A program made the position numbers and the translations under genes. Below the pieces are notes generated by a model. It saw only the letters and a list, made by a program, of their open reading frames with translations, ran no database searches and was not told where the DNA came from. 64,000 nucleotides of DNA. It comes from Prosthecobacter debontii. Lineage in GTDB: Bacteria > Verrucomicrobiota > Verrucomicrobiia > Verrucomicrobiales > Verrucomicrobiaceae. Below are positions 26,156 to 38,561 of this stretch, in pieces. The first letter of the stretch is position 1, and every line of letters starts with the position of its first letter. The stretch is from assembly GCA_945869695.1 (NCBI GenBank), contig CAMBPV010000003.1, forward strand, positions 9,687 to 73,686, written 5' to 3'.

Positions 26156-27124
26156 CTAAAAATCACTGAGCATCTGCTTCCGGTCCGTCACGGGGCGGCC
26201 CATTTGCAGCCATTGATCATACGCCTGCCAGCCCTGCGCGAGCAGGGCACGTGCCTCCGCAAAAGGATTCCCCGAGCCGAGAACCACCACCAGCATGCGA
26301 TGGCGATAGACCAGGTTCGAGCCATCTGCTTGCTTGGAAACATTGGCTGGACGCTCGGCTGAAATGACGACGCAACCGCCCGAGGCGGGTGTATTGCCGG
26401 TCTTGATTCCATCAATGCGGTCCACTCCTAAAAGCTGATTGGTATTTGTCAGAGTCACTGGCACCGGCTGGCCACCGCGGTAAATGGTGACCTTCCTTGA
26501 CCGTTGATTCGTGTAAAAACGAAAGGATGGACGGGCCGATGCATACAGGGCCACGCGGGCAATATCCGCAGCGGTCGAGCCCCCGATGGGACGCGTATTC
26601 TCATAACCGTGGGGATTCATGAAACGAGTCCCCTTTGCCCCCTCCCGGGTGGCAAGGGAATTCATTTGCTTCACAAATTCACCCAACGGATCTCCGCCCT
26701 TCCCCATTCGAGCGAGAAGATCTGCCCCCACAAAATGACCTAAGGTGATGGCGGCGACGTTATCGCTGGTCATCATGGTCGCATAGATCAAATCACGGAC
26801 GGTTACTTGGTCTCCCATTTGAAAATCGGGGGAGGCCACACCCGAGATTCGAGTGGCATACTCAGGCACCGTCGCCAGCACGTTTACACCCACTTTTGAC
26901 GCCTCGGCCCAGTCGAGCGCCACCATGGTCGTCACAATCTTGGCCAGACCTCCGATTGGGCGCTTCTGGTTACCCTGGCCGGCCACGTGCACTTTGCGGT
27001 TATAGGCATCCACAACCATCACCGCTGACTGCGCCCTAAGTTGCAGTGCCCCCGGCAACAAACCAGCAGCTAAAACCAACCCAATTGCGACTCGATGTGG
27101 ACTCTTAAGAGATGCGAAAGACAT
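26156..27124 (-). CDS. D-alanyl-D-alanine carboxypeptidase (peptidase S11) homologue lacking the nucleophile serine
   Basis: Signal peptide from ATG 27124. SDN (MTSDNVAA) and KTG (GIKTGNT) boxes are present. The SxxK box reads GLAK (PIGGLAKIVT), with a GGT codon at 26948-26950. Confidence 0.75.
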   Translation of the reverse strand: MSFASLKSPHRVAIGLVLAAGLLPGALQLRAQSAVMVVDAYNRKVHVAGQGNQKRPIGGLAKIVTTMVALDWAEASKVGVNVLATVPEYATRISGVASPDFQMGDQVTVRDLIYATMMTSDNVAAITLGHFVGADLLARMGKGGDPLGEFVKQMNSLATREGAKGTRFMNPHGYENTRPIGGSTAADIARVALYASARPSFRFYTNQRSRKVTIYRGGQPVPVTLTNTNQLLGVDRIDGIKTGNTPASGGCVVISAERPANVSKQADGSNLVYRHRMLVVVLGSGNPFAEARALLAQGWQAYDQWLQMGRPVTDRKQMLSDF

Positions 27125-27203
27125 GGAGGTGATACTAATCACCCCCTCCAGCATCGCAACCTCGGATGTGCGGCTTTCCTCATTCGAAGAGCCGAACTAT
27201 CGA

Positions 27204-28367
27204 TCACTTCTTTTTGTCCCACTCATTAGCTTTCACGAGGTCATTCAAAACCCCGGCTGCAGGCAGTTCGACAATCTTGAACTTCGACAAATACTGGAGC
27301 GCCGCATTCAGTTGCATGACCTCACCTTTTTTGGGCTCAATCTTTTCGGTGGCCTTCCATTCAGTAGCCAGTGCGTCCGTCGCGAGAGTCACTTCTTTGA
27401 GAAGTGCCTCGTCAATCGCATAGCAGAGTGACTCCAATTGATGCAAAAGCTTTTCCCGCCCTTGGAGGGCTGCCGCTTTTTCCCGGATCTCCTTGGCGAT
27501 CGCAGACCTCTTGGCCAGGGTGGCCTCTGGGCTCATGACGCTCACGTCACCGCCCTCGCTCGCACGTTTTGGCAGAGGCCGATACCAGATGTTGCGATAA
27601 CGAACTGGATTGCCGTGATCTTGAAGCTTCAAAGGCCCGATCTCAGGGAATGCACGATCCTTGGTCCTCGACTTGTGTCCTCCGCCGCCTTGGAGAGGCG
27701 TGTGATCTTGCAGGAGCACACCATTGCAAAAAACAGTAAGATACCCAGCCTCCACCATCTTTCCGTCCTTGAAAATCGGACGGCGGAAAACAATGTCGTA
27801 AACCTGCCATTCCCCCGGCTTCCGAAGCGCGTTGGCCATCGGCGGATTCACCCCATAAACGGAGCCAGCAGATCCATCTGCATAGGTTGGATTGTTGTAA
27901 TTATCCAGCACCTGCACCTCCACCTGCCCCATCAGAAAAACGCCGCTGTTTCCACGGCCCTGGCTGTCACCCTTCACCTCGCTCGGAGCAGACCACTCGA
28001 TGTGCAGCTGACAATCGCCAAATTCCTCCTTCGTGCGGACATAACCTGACCCAGGAACGCATTGGAGAGACCCGTCCTTCACGATCCATTTCGTCGGCTC
28101 AGCAGGATTTTTGTCCGCCTGCCATTGGTTGATGGCCTCAGCGGAACCGTCAAAAAGAACGATTGCGTCTGATGGCGGCAATCCAGGCTTTTCCTCGGAG
28201 CTGTAAGTGCCGGGCTCCACTCGAACGGGCTGAGGACGATTCAGATCATGAATGGTCCACGGGTGGGTCGCATCCGGCGGGTCGCCATAAAATCCGCCTG
28301 CGGCTTGCAGTGAGCCGGAGAAAAATAACAAAGAAACGACTGGGGTCAGAAGGGATGATGCTTTCAT
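27204..28367 (-). CDS. DUF1080 (3-keto-disaccharide hydrolase-like) secreted protein with C-terminal helical extension
   Basis: Signal peptide MKASSLLTPVVSLLFFSGSLQA from ATG 28367. WIVKDGSL, NSGVFL, LQDHGNPVRYRNIWYRPL are typical DUF1080 motifs. Confidence 0.8.
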   Translation of the reverse strand: MKASSLLTPVVSLLFFSGSLQAAGGFYGDPPDATHPWTIHDLNRPQPVRVEPGTYSSEEKPGLPPSDAIVLFDGSAEAINQWQADKNPAEPTKWIVKDGSLQCVPGSGYVRTKEEFGDCQLHIEWSAPSEVKGDSQGRGNSGVFLMGQVEVQVLDNYNNPTYADGSAGSVYGVNPPMANALRKPGEWQVYDIVFRRPIFKDGKMVEAGYLTVFCNGVLLQDHTPLQGGGGHKSRTKDRAFPEIGPLKLQDHGNPVRYRNIWYRPLPKRASEGGDVSVMSPEATLAKRSAIAKEIREKAAALQGREKLLHQLESLCYAIDEALLKEVTLATDALATEWKATEKIEPKKGEVMQLNAALQYLSKFKIVELPAAGVLNDLVKANEWDKKK

Positions 28368-28463
28368 GATTGGAGGATACGACATTGAGTGGAACTTCCT
28401 GTCCTCGCAAGCTCCCTTCATCTCGGATTGTGCTCCGCTTCCGGTTCGGGATAGTCATCACCG

Positions 28464-30401
28464 ATGGATCTCCACGCCGCACTCGAACAAAACTTTGGGC
28501 ATCGCACTTTTCGCGAAGGGCAGCAAGCCGTCATCGAGTCCTTGTTAGCCGGGCGGTCTGCCCTTGCCATCTTCCCCACTGGCGGAGGCAAGTCCCTTTG
28601 CTACCAGCTACCCGCTTTGCTCCTCGACGGACTGACACTCGTCATCTCCCCACTCATCGCCCTCATGAAGGATCAGGTGGAGACATTGCAGTCACGCGGG
28701 ATCTCTGCCGCGCGTCTCGATTCCACTCTCACCGCCGACCAGTCCGCCGGAGTCCTCTCAGATATGACCGCCGGTCGGCTGAAACTTCTCTACATCGCTC
28801 CCGAGCGCCTATTGAACGAGACCTTCATGAAGCGCCTCCGAGATACCCGGGTCTCGCTACTCGCCATTGATGAGTCGCACTGCATTTCCGAGTGGGGACA
28901 TAACTTTCGGCCCGAATATCTTCGCCTCGCCAATGTTGCCCGGAAGCTCAAACTCCGACCTGTCCTCGCACTCACAGCCACCGCAACACCCCAGGTCGCA
29001 CGCGATATTGAAAAAGCCTTTCGCATCAAGGCGGCGGACTCTGTTCTCACCTCATTTCATCGACCCAATCTCAGCGTCCATGTGACCTCTATCGGTATCA
29101 CGCGGCGTTTGAGTTTACTCACCGAGAAGCTACGAGAGCCCGGCCGACAACCCGCCATCGTGTACGTCACGCTCCAGCAGACTGCCGAGCACGTGGCCAC
29201 TCACCTCCAGCGTGAGGGACTCGATGCCATGGCCTATCACGCAGGCCTGCCCGCAGAGCACCGTGCCACCGTTCAGGATCGTTTCATGCGAGGTGAGGTT
29301 GGTATCATCGTCGCCACGATCGCCTTTGGCATGGGAATCGACAAAGCGAACATCCGCGCCGTCTTCCATTACAATCTCCCCAAAACGCTCGAAAACTATC
29401 AGCAGGAGATCGGCCGGGCTGGGCGCGATGGTTTGCCATCCCACTGCGAGATGCTCGCGTGTGCAGATGATCTCATTGTCCTCCAGAACTTCATCTTTGG
29501 CGACACCCCCACGCCGGCGGCGCTCCGACAGTTGCTCGACTCCCTCCTGCGAAGAGGCACGGAGATTGAGATCAGCCTCTACGATCTCTCCCGCACGACC
29601 GACATCCGGCAACTCGTCCTGGAGACCGTCATCACTTACCTTGAACTCGAAGGTGTCCTCACACCCCTAGGCCCCCTTTACACGGGTTACCAATACCGAC
29701 TCCTTCAGCCAGAGCCCCGCCTGCTCTCCGGACACGAACCCGCCCGGCAGGCCTTTTTGAAAAGACTCTTCACCCTCGGCAAAAAGGGCTACAAATGGAC
29801 CACAATCATCACCCAGGAAGCCGCCGATGCTCTCGGGGAAACGCGAGAAAAAATCGTCACCGCCCTCACCTGGCTCAGCGAGGCTGGTGACATCGAGCTC
29901 CGTCCCAGCGGGCTTCGGCACCGCTATCGTCTCAGCAACGATTCACCCTCCCGCGATCCCGCTACATTGAAGGATCAGATGCTCGCTCTCTTTGCTCTCC
30001 GCGAAAAAAACGATGCCGGGCGTCTCGCCACCGTCATGGCCTACGCTCAGGATACGAGCTGCCTCACTCGCCATCTTCTTCGATACTTTGGCGAGACCCT
30101 TTCTGCAGACTGCGGGCACTGCGGCAGTTGCCTCGCTCACACCAAAACAAAAGGTCCCCGCCCGATCGCGACCTCCGCTCTTCCCTCCCTCACCGTCGAA
30201 CACGTTGCCCAGATCCAGAGTCTCATTGATGAGGGCGAGGCCGCCCTGCGAGTTCCCCGTCAGATCGCCCGCTTTTTATGCGGCATCACCAGCCCTGCCA
30301 CCACCCGAGACCGCCTCACCCGCCATGACCTTTTTGGCCTCCTCTCCGAGCATCCCTTCCAATCCATTCTCGAACAAACCGAGTCCATGATAATTCGGTG
30401 A
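28464..30401 (+). CDS. RecQ-family ATP-dependent DNA helicase
   Basis: FREGQ, PTGGGKSLCYQLPAL, DESHCISEWGHNFRPEY, TATAT and IAFGMGIDK motifs. C-terminal Cys cluster CGHCGSC. 645 aa. Confidence 0.85.
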   Translation: MDLHAALEQNFGHRTFREGQQAVIESLLAGRSALAIFPTGGGKSLCYQLPALLLDGLTLVISPLIALMKDQVETLQSRGISAARLDSTLTADQSAGVLSDMTAGRLKLLYIAPERLLNETFMKRLRDTRVSLLAIDESHCISEWGHNFRPEYLRLANVARKLKLRPVLALTATATPQVARDIEKAFRIKAADSVLTSFHRPNLSVHVTSIGITRRLSLLTEKLREPGRQPAIVYVTLQQTAEHVATHLQREGLDAMAYHAGLPAEHRATVQDRFMRGEVGIIVATIAFGMGIDKANIRAVFHYNLPKTLENYQQEIGRAGRDGLPSHCEMLACADDLIVLQNFIFGDTPTPAALRQLLDSLLRRGTEIEISLYDLSRTTDIRQLVLETVITYLELEGVLTPLGPLYTGYQYRLLQPEPRLLSGHEPARQAFLKRLFTLGKKGYKWTTIITQEAADALGETREKIVTALTWLSEAGDIELRPSGLRHRYRLSNDSPSRDPATLKDQMLALFALREKNDAGRLATVMAYAQDTSCLTRHLLRYFGETLSADCGHCGSCLAHTKTKGPRPIATSALPSLTVEHVAQIQSLIDEGEAALRVPRQIARFLCGITSPATTRDRLTRHDLFGLLSEHPFQSILEQTESMIIR

Positions 30402-30429
30402 AAATCCGGACATCCAACACGTAATCTGA

Positions 30430-31134
30430 ATGATGCGAGCGGGGGCAACATCTGAATGGAAGGCGAAAGTCGCAGAGTGGGATCGTGCCAAGGGATATGG
30501 CTTTCTCCAGTGCGGCAACCAACGCGTTTTTCTGCATCGGCGCGACTTCGTCGGACCACATCTGACACCCCGAATCGGTGAAGAAATCCTCTTCACCCTA
30601 GGCCACGATGCGCTAGGCCGAACCTGTGCAAGGAATGCCGTCAGTCTGCGCAAAGGTTTAGGCATCAGCTTTGTGAGCCTCTTGATTTTGGCCGCACTGC
30701 TCATTCTCCCCATCACAGCCTGTCTCAAATTCAAACCTTCAATGGATCCTCGTTGGTTGGGTGCCTATGCGACGTTGATCAGTGCGCTCACCTACTGGAT
30801 GTACTCGAGCGACAAACGGCGGGCTCAGTCCGGTGAGTGGCGCGTGCCTGAATCCAAATTACACCTCTTAGAGTTACTCGGAGGGTGGCCCGCAGCGTGG
30901 CTGGCACAGAGGAGATTGCGACATAAGTCTTCGAAGTTCAGCTATCAAGCGACCTACACTTTCATTGTTCTGGGGTGGCAGTGCGCGGCACTTGACTCGC
31001 TCCAAGACTGGAAATTCACCAAGCTTGCCAGAGAGCGAATTGCCTCATTTGCTTCCGAGTTCCAAACGGAACATGGCCAGGACCCGAGATCCATGCGAGG
31101 TGTTAAATCCAGAAAGTCTAACACCTCGGAATAG
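30430..31134 (+). CDS. Cold-shock-like OB domain / DUF1294 membrane protein
   Basis: N-terminus W....GYGFL (CSD-like), then two or three hydrophobic spans, then the DUF1294 signature RVPESKLHLLELLGGWPAAWLAQRRLRHKSSK. Confidence 0.7.
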   Translation: MMRAGATSEWKAKVAEWDRAKGYGFLQCGNQRVFLHRRDFVGPHLTPRIGEEILFTLGHDALGRTCARNAVSLRKGLGISFVSLLILAALLILPITACLKFKPSMDPRWLGAYATLISALTYWMYSSDKRRAQSGEWRVPESKLHLLELLGGWPAAWLAQRRLRHKSSKFSYQATYTFIVLGWQCAALDSLQDWKFTKLARERIASFASEFQTEHGQDPRSMRGVKSRKSNTSE

Positions 31135-31220
31135 CCCGGAGACAAAGACGAATGAGGGCCCATTCAGGTCACGCCCCTTCGCAGAGCGCGACCCTTGGTG
31201 GATTCAATTCCGCGTTGGCG

Positions 31221-33749
31221 TTAAGCTCGGCTCACGGCCTTTAGATTCCACACTTTCTCTGCGTATTCGCTGATGGTGCGGTCAGAGGAGAATTTGCCCA
31301 TTCTCGCTGTGTTCAAGATGGCCATTCGATCCCATTTGGCCGGGTTCTTATAAGCTGCATCCACGTCACTTTGCGCTCTGGCGTAGGAGGCAAAATCGGC
31401 GAGAACCATGTAAGGATCGCCATGATCCAAAAGGCTGTCGCGGAGCGGTTTGAAGTCTGCGGAGTTTCCGGTGAAGAAATCGGAAGCCAGCCAATCGATG
31501 GCATTTCGCACCTGAGAGTCCGCCCAATAATAGTCCCAAGGATTGTAGCCACGGGTATGAAGGTCGTTCACCTCTTCCACCGTGAGGCCAAAGATAAAGA
31601 TGTTGTCGTCGCCCACTTCCTCTTTGATCTCCACGTTCGCACCATCCAGCGTGCCGATGGTAAGAGCCCCGTTAAGGGCGAGCTTCATATTGCCCGTTCC
31701 CGAGGCTTCCTTGCCTGCGGTAGAAATCTGCTCGGACAAATCCGACGCAGGGATGATCCGCTCCGCAAGTGTGACTCCGTAATTGGGAAGGAAAACCACC
31801 TTGATCTTACCTTTTACCCGCGGGTCATTGTTCACCTTTGAACCCAACGCATTGATCGCGTGGATGATGTTCTTGGCCAGGAAATAGCCGGGAGCAGCCT
31901 TGGCCCCAAAAATGAAAACACGAGGATGAATGTCTGCATCAGGGTCAGCCAGTAGCTTTTGGTAGAGCGCCACAATGTGCACCAAATTCAGATGCTGACG
32001 TTTGTACTCATGCAGCCTCTTGATCTGCACGTCAAAGAGGGCATCTGGACTGACCGTGATGCCACAGGTATCCTGAATAATCTTGGCGAGTCGCACTTTT
32101 GCATCCCGCTTGATTCTACGGTAGCATTGCTGGAAAGAGTTATCATCAGCGTAGCTCTCCAGCGCAGTGAGTTTCATCGCATCTTTTTTCCACCCTGTCC
32201 CAATCGTGTCGCTGATGAGTTTGGACAACTGCGGATTGCAGACGTCCAGCCATCTGCGGAACGTGATTCCATTCGTGAGATTCAGGAAGCGATCAGGGAA
32301 AACCGCATCGAACTCAGGAAAAAGTTTCTCGCGCAGAAGACGGGTGTGAAGCGCGGCCACACCGTTGACGGCATGACTACCCACGACGGATAGGTTCGCC
32401 ATCCGCACCGACTTTGCACCACGCTCATCGATAATGGAAAGCACGCGCTTCTTTTCTGAATCACCGGGCCACATCTTCTCCACCTCACCATCAAGAAAGA
32501 GCCGATTGATTTCAAAAATGATCTCAAGATGTCTTGGAAGCACCCGACCAAAGAGCGGCACACTCCACATCTCCAAGGCTTCCGGGAGCAGTGTATGATT
32601 AGTGTAGGCAAAAATCTTTTTGCAGATTTCCCACGCCTCGTTCCACTTCAGAAATTCCTGATCTACCAGGATGCGCATCAGTTCAGGTATGGCCACAGCG
32701 GGATGGGTGTCATTCAACTGCACCGCCACCTTATCCGGGAAAAGCGACCAGTGGGCGGGATTGTCACGCTTGAAGCGACGGACAATATCCGCCAGAGAGC
32801 AGGCCACAAAGAAGTACTGCTGGACGAGTCGCAGTTCCTTGCCCGTTTCAGTGGAATCATTTGGATACAAGACCTTCGATACCGTTTCGGCCATGGCCTT
32901 GTCGTGGATGGCCTCCATGTAGCTGCCGGAGTTAAAGACATGAAAGTTGAAGGCGTCGGACGCATGAGCCTCCCAAAGCCTGAGAAGATTGACCGTCTCG
33001 GAGTCATATCCAACGATCGGAATATCCCAAGGCACACCGACAATCGTTTTGGTATCCACCCACTCGACATGCCCCTTCCCTTGGTCATCAAACTTCTGAA
33101 CGGTCTTCCCGTAGAGATTGATCGTCTGTCGATAGTCGGGACGGACAATTTTCCAAGGGTTGCCGTCACGGGTCCAGACGTCAGGCTGCTCCATTTGCCT
33201 CCCTCCGACGATCTCTTGGCGGAAAAGACCAAACTCATAGTGAATGCCGTAACCAACAGCAGGCAGATCCAGAGTCGATAGGGAGTCGAGGAAGCAGGCT
33301 GCCAGACGTCCGAGTCCCCCATTTCCCAGTCCCATATCTGGCTCCTTGTTCAAAATCGAATCCAGGTCCTTCCCCATCTCTCCGAGCGCCTGCTTGGCCG
33401 CGTCATAGAGATCGGAATTTCTCAGATTGTTCTCCAAAAGCCGCCCCATGAGATACTCCAAGGAGAGATAATGGAGGCGTCTCACATTTTTATTCCGGTG
33501 ATTGGCATTCGTCCGCGAGGATAAATCCAACACGCGATCCCTCACGGCCAAACAGGTCGCCACCCACCAGTCGCGGTCACTCGCGATGCCAATCCCCGTG
33601 GCGAGGGTGAATCTGAGATGATTTCCGATCGAGACCTTCAAGCCGTCGCTTGTGTTTTCCACGCTGCTGAGATTACCACTTTGAACAAGATCTGAAGGAG
33701 AGGAATTGGTTTCTGACATGATGAGATTTTGAGGGTTCGACAAAGGCAC
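31221..33749 (-). CDS. glgP: Glycogen/alpha-glucan phosphorylase
   Basis: 842 aa with the PLP-lysine motif [14 protein letters not shown] and LSLEYLMGR, typical of GT35 enzymes. Confidence 0.95.
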   Translation of the reverse strand: MPLSNPQNLIMSETNSSPSDLVQSGNLSSVENTSDGLKVSIGNHLRFTLATGIGIASDRDWWVATCLAVRDRVLDLSSRTNANHRNKNVRRLHYLSLEYLMGRLLENNLRNSDLYDAAKQALGEMGKDLDSILNKEPDMGLGNGGLGRLAACFLDSLSTLDLPAVGYGIHYEFGLFRQEIVGGRQMEQPDVWTRDGNPWKIVRPDYRQTINLYGKTVQKFDDQGKGHVEWVDTKTIVGVPWDIPIVGYDSETVNLLRLWEAHASDAFNFHVFNSGSYMEAIHDKAMAETVSKVLYPNDSTETGKELRLVQQYFFVACSLADIVRRFKRDNPAHWSLFPDKVAVQLNDTHPAVAIPELMRILVDQEFLKWNEAWEICKKIFAYTNHTLLPEALEMWSVPLFGRVLPRHLEIIFEINRLFLDGEVEKMWPGDSEKKRVLSIIDERGAKSVRMANLSVVGSHAVNGVAALHTRLLREKLFPEFDAVFPDRFLNLTNGITFRRWLDVCNPQLSKLISDTIGTGWKKDAMKLTALESYADDNSFQQCYRRIKRDAKVRLAKIIQDTCGITVSPDALFDVQIKRLHEYKRQHLNLVHIVALYQKLLADPDADIHPRVFIFGAKAAPGYFLAKNIIHAINALGSKVNNDPRVKGKIKVVFLPNYGVTLAERIIPASDLSEQISTAGKEASGTGNMKLALNGALTIGTLDGANVEIKEEVGDDNIFIFGLTVEEVNDLHTRGYNPWDYYWADSQVRNAIDWLASDFFTGNSADFKPLRDSLLDHGDPYMVLADFASYARAQSDVDAAYKNPAKWDRMAILNTARMGKFSSDRTISEYAEKVWNLKAVSRA

Positions 33750-33782
33750 GTCATGAAGAGGAAGGATGGCACTCCTTCGGAT

Positions 33783-34511
33783 TCACGACGCCGCCCATTT
33801 GGGCATCTCCTTGGGCGCGAGCAATAAAGTAATCTCGCCTTTCGGAGGTTTGGCCAAGAAGTGCTCTAGCACAAACTGAGCCGAACCTCTCCGAAATTCC
33901 TCAAAATGCTTGGTTAACTCACGAGCCACGACGATTTCGTGCTCAGGATTCAAACCGGCAATGATTTCGAGCGTCGATAGGATGCGGTAGGGCGACTCAA
34001 AATAAACGGAAGTACATTCTCGATTCATGGCCGCGGAAAGCTCAGTGGCGCGCGCTCCTTTTTTGTGAACCAGAAAGCCGCCGAAGTAAAAGGGCATCGT
34101 CGGCAACCCAGAACCGGCGAGCGCCGTCAGCACCGCAGAGGGACCCGGCAGAACTTCAACCGGGAGCCCATTTTTGACCAGAGCCCTCACTAGCCGTTGG
34201 CCAGGATCTGAGACCGTCGGCATGCCTGCATCCGAAACAAGCGCCACCGTCTTTCCCTGCCTGACCATCTCGATGATCTCAGGGATTCGGCGTGCCTCAT
34301 TGTGCTCATTGAGACTCACCAAGGGACGATGAATCTCATAAGCCTGCAGGAGGCGGATCGTGTGTCTCGTGTCCTCGCAGGCAATCAAGTCAGCTGAACG
34401 CAAAATGTCCAGTGCACGAAGGGTCACATCTCGCAAATTGCCGATCGGCGTCGCCACGATCTTCAATCCGTTTGACGATGTTTGGGAGGATTCGGTCTTC
34501 TCTGCTTCCAT
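33783..34511 (-). CDS. rsmI: 16S rRNA (cytidine1402-2'-O)-methyltransferase
   Basis: L.IVATPIGNLRDVTLRAL..L..ADLIACEDTRHT and SDAGMP motifs. ATG 34511 is in frame with the track ORF. Confidence 0.85.
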   Translation of the reverse strand: MEAEKTESSQTSSNGLKIVATPIGNLRDVTLRALDILRSADLIACEDTRHTIRLLQAYEIHRPLVSLNEHNEARRIPEIIEMVRQGKTVALVSDAGMPTVSDPGQRLVRALVKNGLPVEVLPGPSAVLTALAGSGLPTMPFYFGGFLVHKKGARATELSAAMNRECTSVYFESPYRILSTLEIIAGLNPEHEIVVARELTKHFEEFRRGSAQFVLEHFLAKPPKGEITLLLAPKEMPKWAAS

Positions 34512-34578
34512 AAAACAAAACGGGGCGGACTCCAAAAGCCCGCCCCGCCGACTCAGAATGTTCCGAGAAAAATCACCG

Positions 34579-35091
34579 TTACCAGCCTTCCGAGATCTCA
34601 GTCACCAGCTGCTGTGCAAGTCTCGTGGAGGCCACTTCCATGGCCTGATGCTCTGATAACTGGAAGTTGGGGTCCAGCACGATGTTTGATGCCCCGAAGA
34701 CCCGACCCGAATGCAGAACGAGTTCCGTCCCTGCCTGCTTGACCCGATAGTCAGCGCTCAATTCAACCCGTAGTTCAGAAGTTTTCAAAACGTTGGTCCG
34801 AACTGCACGGAACTGGGAGCGGTTGATGTTCCGGATGGTGCACTCCAAAACCGCATCAGATCCATCAACGGTGCCGATTTGATAGGTGCCGTCTGCCTGC
34901 AACTGCTTGATCACGGAGTTGGTAAGCAAAACCGAGAGCCGCGGCTCTAAGGTTTCATTCGAAAAAGTCGGCACCGCCAGCTTCACGATGTTGTCCAAAT
35001 GATGCGGTTTTGTCGGCCCGATCTTGTAGCCTGCACAGGCCGAAAATAGGAGGGCAATCAGTGGGGCCATTAGCAGGAGACGTGATTTCAT
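34579..35091 (-). CDS. Outer-membrane lipoprotein, LptE-like
   Basis: Lipobox LLFSAC after MKSRLLLMAPLIA (ATG 35091). About 170 aa, with size and beta-rich pattern compatible with LptE. Adjacent to the BamD-like gene. Confidence 0.5.
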   Translation of the reverse strand: MKSRLLLMAPLIALLFSACAGYKIGPTKPHHLDNIVKLAVPTFSNETLEPRLSVLLTNSVIKQLQADGTYQIGTVDGSDAVLECTIRNINRSQFRAVRTNVLKTSELRVELSADYRVKQAGTELVLHSGRVFGASNIVLDPNFQLSEHQAMEVASTRLAQQLVTEISEGW

Positions 35092-35133
35092 AATGAGAGA
35101 GATGGCTGGGCGGGAGATGCTCCCCATGATCCA

Positions 35134-36468
35134 CTAGTTCTTCTTTTCGGATTCAGGAACCGGTGCAGGTGCTGGTGGGACAGGGGGAGGTGGCACCACG
35201 AGGGTGGGCGTTCCTGGAGCAGGTGGCACAGGCAGCAACATTGGCTTGCTCGGGTCCGCAGGAGGGAGGAGTGAACCCGCCGCAGGTCCAGCCTCAGAGC
35301 CAGAGCGGAGCGGGAGCTTTGGTTCCTGGAGTGGGATGGGCTTAAAGCCGTCGTCTGCACGCATCTTGGGTTTCTCACTCAGCCTCGCCAATTCGGGAGA
35401 TGGCGGGCCAACGTAATCGTCGCGATTTCTCAGGTCGGAAGCAGCAGGCACGGTGAAGTCATTGGCAGCGTTCACCTTCGTATCGGCTAACGCGGCAGGA
35501 TCAGACTGAGCCAAGGCGGAGAGGCGCGCACGTGCTTCATCAGATGCCTCGGAGGTTCCAAATTTCAGCGCCTCATTGTAGTAAATCGCAGCCGCCTTGG
35601 TTTTTCCGCTCTTTTCGTAAAACTTGGCGATTTTCAAAGACTCGCCCGCTTGAGCTGAATCAACCTGCTGAAGCATGGCTTGGGCCTCGCTCGCGCGTTC
35701 CCCACTCGGATTCGTCGCGACGTAGCTTGTCAGCGCATCACGAGTGGAGGTCAAGTTGCCACCGTCCTCGCTCTTTTGGGCAGCCACGCGGCTGATGGAG
35801 CCGATTCGAAACTGAGCTTCCGAAGCTTGGGTCGTACTCGGGTATTTATCGACGACACCTTGGTAGGCTGCCACAGCGAGATCCTTGCTTCCCTCCTCCT
35901 GATAGATCTCAGCAATGCTAAACTGTGCAAGAGGTGCCAGTTTCCCATAAGGCGCGTTTTGAATTACCGTCTGATACATGGATACCACGTCAGTCGTCCC
36001 AAGTTTCATAGGAACCACGATAAAATTCTTCTGCTTCTTGCCGCCCTTTGCCTCTTCGGCGATCTCGAACTGCTGACGAACTGCATCAGCGAAACGGGGG
36101 CTTTGGCGGTAATCGCTGATGAAAGACTGAAACGCATCAAACGCATCCTGCAACTGACTGCCCTGACGCACGATGAGCGCCCTTGAGTAAGCCGCTTCTG
36201 AGGCGCTATTGGTGAAAGGGTATTGCTTGACGATGGAGGCGTAAATCTTTTCAGCACGTCCAGCCGCACCTGTCGCCTCAGCTTCACGGGCCTCACTCAG
36301 CATCGCCGAAGCAGCTACTTCCTGAGTTTGACGCTCACTTTGACTCGGCGCGACTTTGCCGCTCTTTTTGAAAAGATTCAAAAATCCGTGTGCCGGAACT
36401 TGTGCTCCAAAGAAACACGTGACAGCCGCTGCCAGGGCGGGAATGCGATACAAGGCGGTAGGGATCAT
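35134..36468 (-). CDS. BamD/YfiO-like TPR outer-membrane assembly protein with Pro-rich C-terminal tail
   Basis: Repeated YP.S..A.EA.F.I motifs (KQYPFTNSASEAAY, DKYPSTTQASEAQF, IAKFYEKSGKTKAA). The C-terminal ~90 aa is proline-rich. Confidence 0.6.
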   Translation of the reverse strand: MIPTALYRIPALAAAVTCFFGAQVPAHGFLNLFKKSGKVAPSQSERQTQEVAASAMLSEAREAEATGAAGRAEKIYASIVKQYPFTNSASEAAYSRALIVRQGSQLQDAFDAFQSFISDYRQSPRFADAVRQQFEIAEEAKGGKKQKNFIVVPMKLGTTDVVSMYQTVIQNAPYGKLAPLAQFSIAEIYQEEGSKDLAVAAYQGVVDKYPSTTQASEAQFRIGSISRVAAQKSEDGGNLTSTRDALTSYVATNPSGERASEAQAMLQQVDSAQAGESLKIAKFYEKSGKTKAAAIYYNEALKFGTSEASDEARARLSALAQSDPAALADTKVNAANDFTVPAASDLRNRDDYVGPPSPELARLSEKPKMRADDGFKPIPLQEPKLPLRSGSEAGPAAGSLLPPADPSKPMLLPVPPAPGTPTLVVPPPPVPPAPAPVPESEKKN

Positions 36469-36524
36469 CAGTGCGATACTAAAGGAGGGTTAAGAAGGCG
36501 TCAAGTTGCCAGAAGAAATCATGC

Positions 36525-36541
36525 GAGCCCACTTCGGGGGC

Positions 36542-36543
<2 letters not shown>
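36525..36543 (-). terminator. Short GC hairpin overlapping the leuB stop codon
   Basis: GAGCCC-N7-GGGCTC. On the minus strand a T-rich run (ATGATTTCTTCT) follows a few nt downstream. Confidence 0.3.
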
Positions 36544-38540
<1,997 letters not shown>

Positions 38541-38561
38541 GGCAGAATAAGCGATATACTC

